From the NCBI GenBank assembly GCA_030390025.1, contig CM059431.1, forward strand, positions 94,986,001 through 95,050,000: a stretch of DNA of 64,000 bases, in the 5' to 3' direction. The notes beneath the pieces are model-generated. The model saw only the letters and a list, made by a program, of their open reading frames with translations. It was not told the origin of the DNA and made no database searches. Position numbers and translations under genes: made by a program. Positions 59,810 through 64,000 of the stretch are shown one piece after another (the first letter of the stretch is position 1; every line of letters starts with the position of its first letter). Origin of the DNA: Squalus acanthias (taxonomy: Eukaryota).

Positions 59810-62800
59810 CTATGTTACAAAGTATTTACACCACAGAAACAGGCCATTTGGCCCAACAGGCTTTTAATGATCCATGAGCCTTCTCCCACCCTCTTCATCT
59901 AACCACTTCAACATATCCTTCTATTCCTTTCTCCAAGTGCTTCTCAAGCTTCCCCTTAAATGTATATATACTATTCGCCAAAACCAGTCCTTGTATCAGC
60001 GACTTCCACATTCTAACCACTCTCTAGCTAAATAAATTTCTCCTGAATTCCCTATTTGATTTATTAGTGACTATCTTATATTTATGGCCCCTCGTGCTGG
60101 TCTCACCTGCAAGTGGAAACATCTTATCTTCGTCTACGCTGTCAAACCCTTTCATAATCTTAAAGACTTTTATTAGGTCACTTCTCAGTCTTTTCTTTTC
60201 TAGAGAAAAGAGCCCCAGCTTGTTCAATCTTTCTTATAGGTATAACCTCTCAGTTCTGGTCTCATTCTAATAAATCTTTTTTGCACCTTCTTCAGTGCCC
60301 CTATATCCTTTTTATAATATGGAGGACAGAACTGTTCATAGGAACATAGGAACAGGAGTAGGCCATTGAGCCCCTCGAGCCTGTTCTGCCATTCAATGAG
60401 ATCATGGCTGATCTGCGACCTAACTCCATATACTCGCCTTTGGCCCATATCCCTTAATACCTTTAGTGAACAAAAAGATATCAATGTCTGATTTAAAATT
60501 AACAATTGATCTAGCATCAATTGCTGTTTGCGGAAGACAGTTCCAAACTTCTACCACACTTTGTGTGTAGAAGTGTTTCCTAATTTCACTCCTGAAAGGT
60601 GTAAGCCTTTCTCTTACTACAGTTCGGACTTCAAGAATTATGAATAAGGGTAACAATGATAGACAAGTATGTGATCAATAAAATTGGTCTTTATTCACAC
60701 TACAGTTCAAAATTCAAGTGTACGTCGCAATCAATATGCGCCCAATCTACTCGTACATAAAAGTATTTCCCAGCAATTTACATGCTACCTCTGAGCGATT
60801 TATATTCCAAATCAACCGTACATAAAAGTACCCCTTTAAACAATATCTAAGCTCTATGTCTGACTTTCATGCATACTCCCTTATCGCTGGGTGATCGGTC
60901 CAGGGATAGTCGTAAGTCAAAACATAGACTGGCCAGCTTTCTCTGTTCGTCTGTTCTTCCACTTCTGTCTTCTTTCTTTCTTCTGTGTTCTGAATTTCCT
61001 GCCTATGGGTCACTTTTTATAGTGCCTTTCTGCTGGCCCCACTCGTATATCACTGTCTGCCTCCTTCTGATAGGTCAGTTTCACTCCAAACCTTCCTTGA
61101 TTGGAGTTCCTTCCGCATGACACGTTCATGTTCCTGTGAGGTGTGTGGGGGTGGGACTTCCTTGTCACTCGTGTTCCTCCTTCCTGTCCATGTGGTCTTA
61201 CAAAGGACCATACTGACCACCAGTAAAAGGATCCCCTGCTGACTTCTGCCATTTTGTGTTTTCACAAACAAAGAACACATGCTGATTTCCTACATTTTGA
61301 ATCCGTCTGTAACCATTTTCATAATTCATTCTGAACTTCGATCTCCACACGGTAGCAACGGTTTTATTACAATTTTTAGAATCTTACAAAGGCTCTAATT
61401 TTTAGACTATGGCCCCGAGTTCTAGAATCCCCAATCAGCAGAAATAGCTTCTCTCTATCTACCCTATCTGTTCTCCGTAATATCCTGAAAACTTCGATCA
61501 GATCGCCCCTTAACCTTCTAAATTCTAGGGAATACAACCCTAATTTGTTTAATCTCTCCTTGAAGTCTGGGTATCGTTCTGGTAAACCTACTTGCACTCT
61601 CTCCAAGGTCAATATATCCTTCCTAAGGAGTGGTGCACGGAACTGCTCACAGTACTCCAGGTGTGGTCTAACCATGGTTTTGTATTGCTGCAGCATAACC
61701 TCTACCCCCTTGTATTCTAGTCCTCTAGATATAAAGGCCAGCATTCCATTAGCCTTTGTAATTATTTTCTGTATCTGTTCATGACATTTTAATGATCTAT
61801 GTACCTGGACCCCCAAGTCTCTTTGGACCTCCACTGTTTTTAGCTTTTCACCATTTAGAAAGTACCCTGTTCTATCCTTTTTAAGTCCAAGTGGATGACC
61901 TTGCATTTTCCTACATTGAAATCCATTTGCCACAGTTTTGCCCATTCACTTAATCTGTCGATATCCCTTTGTAAATTCATGCTTTCATCTACACTGCCTA
62001 CAATGCCGCCTACCTTTGTGTCATTGGCAAATGTGGATGTATGACTTTCTATGCCATCATCTAAGTCGTTAATAAATACTGTGAATAGTTGAGGCCCCAA
62101 CACAGATCCCTGCGGGACACCACTAGTCACATCCTGCCAATTTGAGTACCTACCCATTATCCCTACTGCCTGTCTCCTTCCGCTCAGCCAATTTCCTAAC
62201 CAGGTCAATAATTTGCCCTCAATTCTGTGGGCTTCCACCTTAGTTAACAGTCTCTTATGTGGGACTTTATCAAATGCCTTCTGGAAGTCCATGTAAATAA
62301 CATCCATAGACATTTCCCTGTCCACTACTTCAGTCACCTCCTCAAAAAATTCAATCACGTTTGTCAGGCATGACCTACCTTTCACAAATCCATGCTGGCT
62401 CTCTCTGATCAACAGAAAATTTTCGAGGTGTTCAGTCACCCTATCCTTAATTATAGAGTCTAGCAATTTCCTGACAACAGATGTTAGGCTAACTGGTCTA
62501 TAATTCCTTGGTTTCCCTCTCTTGCCATTCTTAAATAGTGGAGTGACATGCGCAATTTTCCAATCTAAAGGAACGGTTCCTGAATCAAGAGAACTTTGTA
62601 AGATTATAGTTCGGGCATCTGCAATGTGCTCACCTACTTCCTTTAAAACCTTGGGATGGAAACCATCTGGTCCTGGGGATTTGTCACTCTTTAGTGCCAT
62701 TATTTTCTTCATTACTGTTATTTTACTTACGTTAATTTTATTGAGTCCCTGTCCCTGATTTAATATTAGTTTCCTTGGGATTTCTGGCATTCTATTCTCT

Positions 62801-63665
62801 GCCTCTACTGTAAATACTAATTATTCAACATGTCCACCATTTCCTTATTATCATTGACAATGTCACCGCTTTGAGTTTTTAAGGGGCCAATGTTGCTCCT
62901 GACCACCCTCTTTTTCCTAATATAATTGTAAAAATTCTTTGTGTTGATTTTGATATCCCTTGCAAGTTTCTTTTCATACACCCTTTTTGTAGCTCTTACT
63001 ATCGGTTTTTGACCCTTTGCTGTTCTTTGTATCTTTCCTATTCGCCAGGATCTGTGCTATTTTTTGCAATTTTGCATGCTTTTTCTTTTAGTTTTATGCT
63101 GTCCCTTACCTCTTTAGTCGTCCATGGCTTTTTTTTTGGCAAGGGCATAAACTGGTTCTGCATCACCTTAAATTATTTTTTGAACATCTTCCACTGATCT
63201 TCTGTCATTTTACCCATTAACAGATTTACCCAGTTTACTGTGGACAGTCTCTGTCTCATCCCATTGAAGTCAGCCTTACCCAAATCTAGAATCTTAGCAG
63301 CTGTTTTGTGTTTCTCCCTTTCAAATGTTACGTTGAACTCAATCATGTTATGATCGCTATTGGATAAATGTTCACGTACAGTTAGGCTGTTAACTAAATC
63401 TGGCTCATTACTCATTACTAAATCTAATATGGCTTGCCCCCTTGTTGCCTCTATGACATACTGTTGTAGAAAACTATCCCAGACGCACTCAAGAAATTTA
63501 CTGCCTTTCTGACAGGTGCTAGTCTGCTTATCCCAATCTTTATGAAAGTTAAAATCCCCCATTAAAACCACTCTGTCTTTACTACATGCTTGTCTAATCA
63601 CTGCATTTATACAATCTAGCACTTCACAGCTGCTACTAGGGGGCCTATACACAACTCCCACTACA
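59810..63665 (-). mobile_element. CR1 LINEs (3' fragment 59810-60335 and long copy 60336-63665)
   Basis: ORFs 63173..63793 (VYRPP, MGDFN, SDHN), 61855..62790 (RT) and 61376..61945. Interrupted by the solo LTR. Confidence 0.9.
60600..61388 (-). mobile_element. Solo LTR (789 bp; ERV or Gypsy)
   Basis: tgtaag...cttaca termini and a 4-bp TSD AAGG. Minus-strand TATAAAA at 61021-61015 and AATAAA at 60695-60690. Confidence 0.85.
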
Positions 63666-63669
63666 CGAT

Positions 63670-64000
63670 AGCAAAATACTGCGGATGCTGGAAATCTGAA
63701 ATAACAACAGAAAATGCTGGAAAAACTCAGCAGGTCAGGCAGCATCCGTGGAGAGAGAAACAGAGTTAACGTTTCAGGTCGAAGACCTTTCATCAGAATT
63801 GGAAAAAAGCAGGAAATGAAATAGATTTTAAAGCAAGTATTGGGCTGGGAAAAGGGGGAGGGGATGAAAGAACGAAAGGGAAGGTCAGTGATAGGATAGA
63901 AAGCAGGAGAGATGAAGAGACATTGAGAGACATTAAGAGATATTCAAGGCAAGAGGAGGTGGTAATGTGACAGGTTGAGGAACAAAGGATGGCTCTAGAT
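63670..64000 (-). mobile_element. Penelope-like terminal repeat, running off the window
   Basis: Reverse complement of the 54950-55155 type of sequence. Confidence 0.8.
63764..63800 (-). ncRNA. Minimal hammerhead ribozyme (one stem I mismatch)
   Basis: Minus strand aatt-CTGATGA-a-aggtc-ttc-gacct-GAAAC-GTT-aact. Confidence 0.7.

Overview
This is vertebrate genomic DNA, not prokaryotic. V-SINE/HE1-like, DeuSINE-like, CR1, L2 and Penelope repeats point to a cartilaginous fish, probably a shark. Most of the window is nested transposable elements: CR1 and L2 LINEs, a second CR1-group LINE family ('LINE-X') whose 5' end is a tRNA-derived SINE-like head, three families of PIF/Harbinger-type MITEs with 3-bp TSDs, three larger Harbinger derivatives that keep a Myb/SANT gene but only the tail of the transposase, a young full-length CsRn1-lineage Gypsy element, a solo LTR, Penelope fragments with minimal hammerhead ribozymes, and a 5.5-kb 41-bp minisatellite. 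Three phase-compatible + strand exons (IgC domain, transmembrane segment, short tail) of a B7/CD80-family host gene lie among the repeats; its IgV and leader exons were not found. The most intriguing observation is LINE-X: it has a Pol III A/B-box head, no ORF1, and a sense strand almost free of TTTT terminators, so it may be a Pol III-transcribed LINE. LINE boundaries are approximate. No database searches were run, and family names rest on motif recognition.
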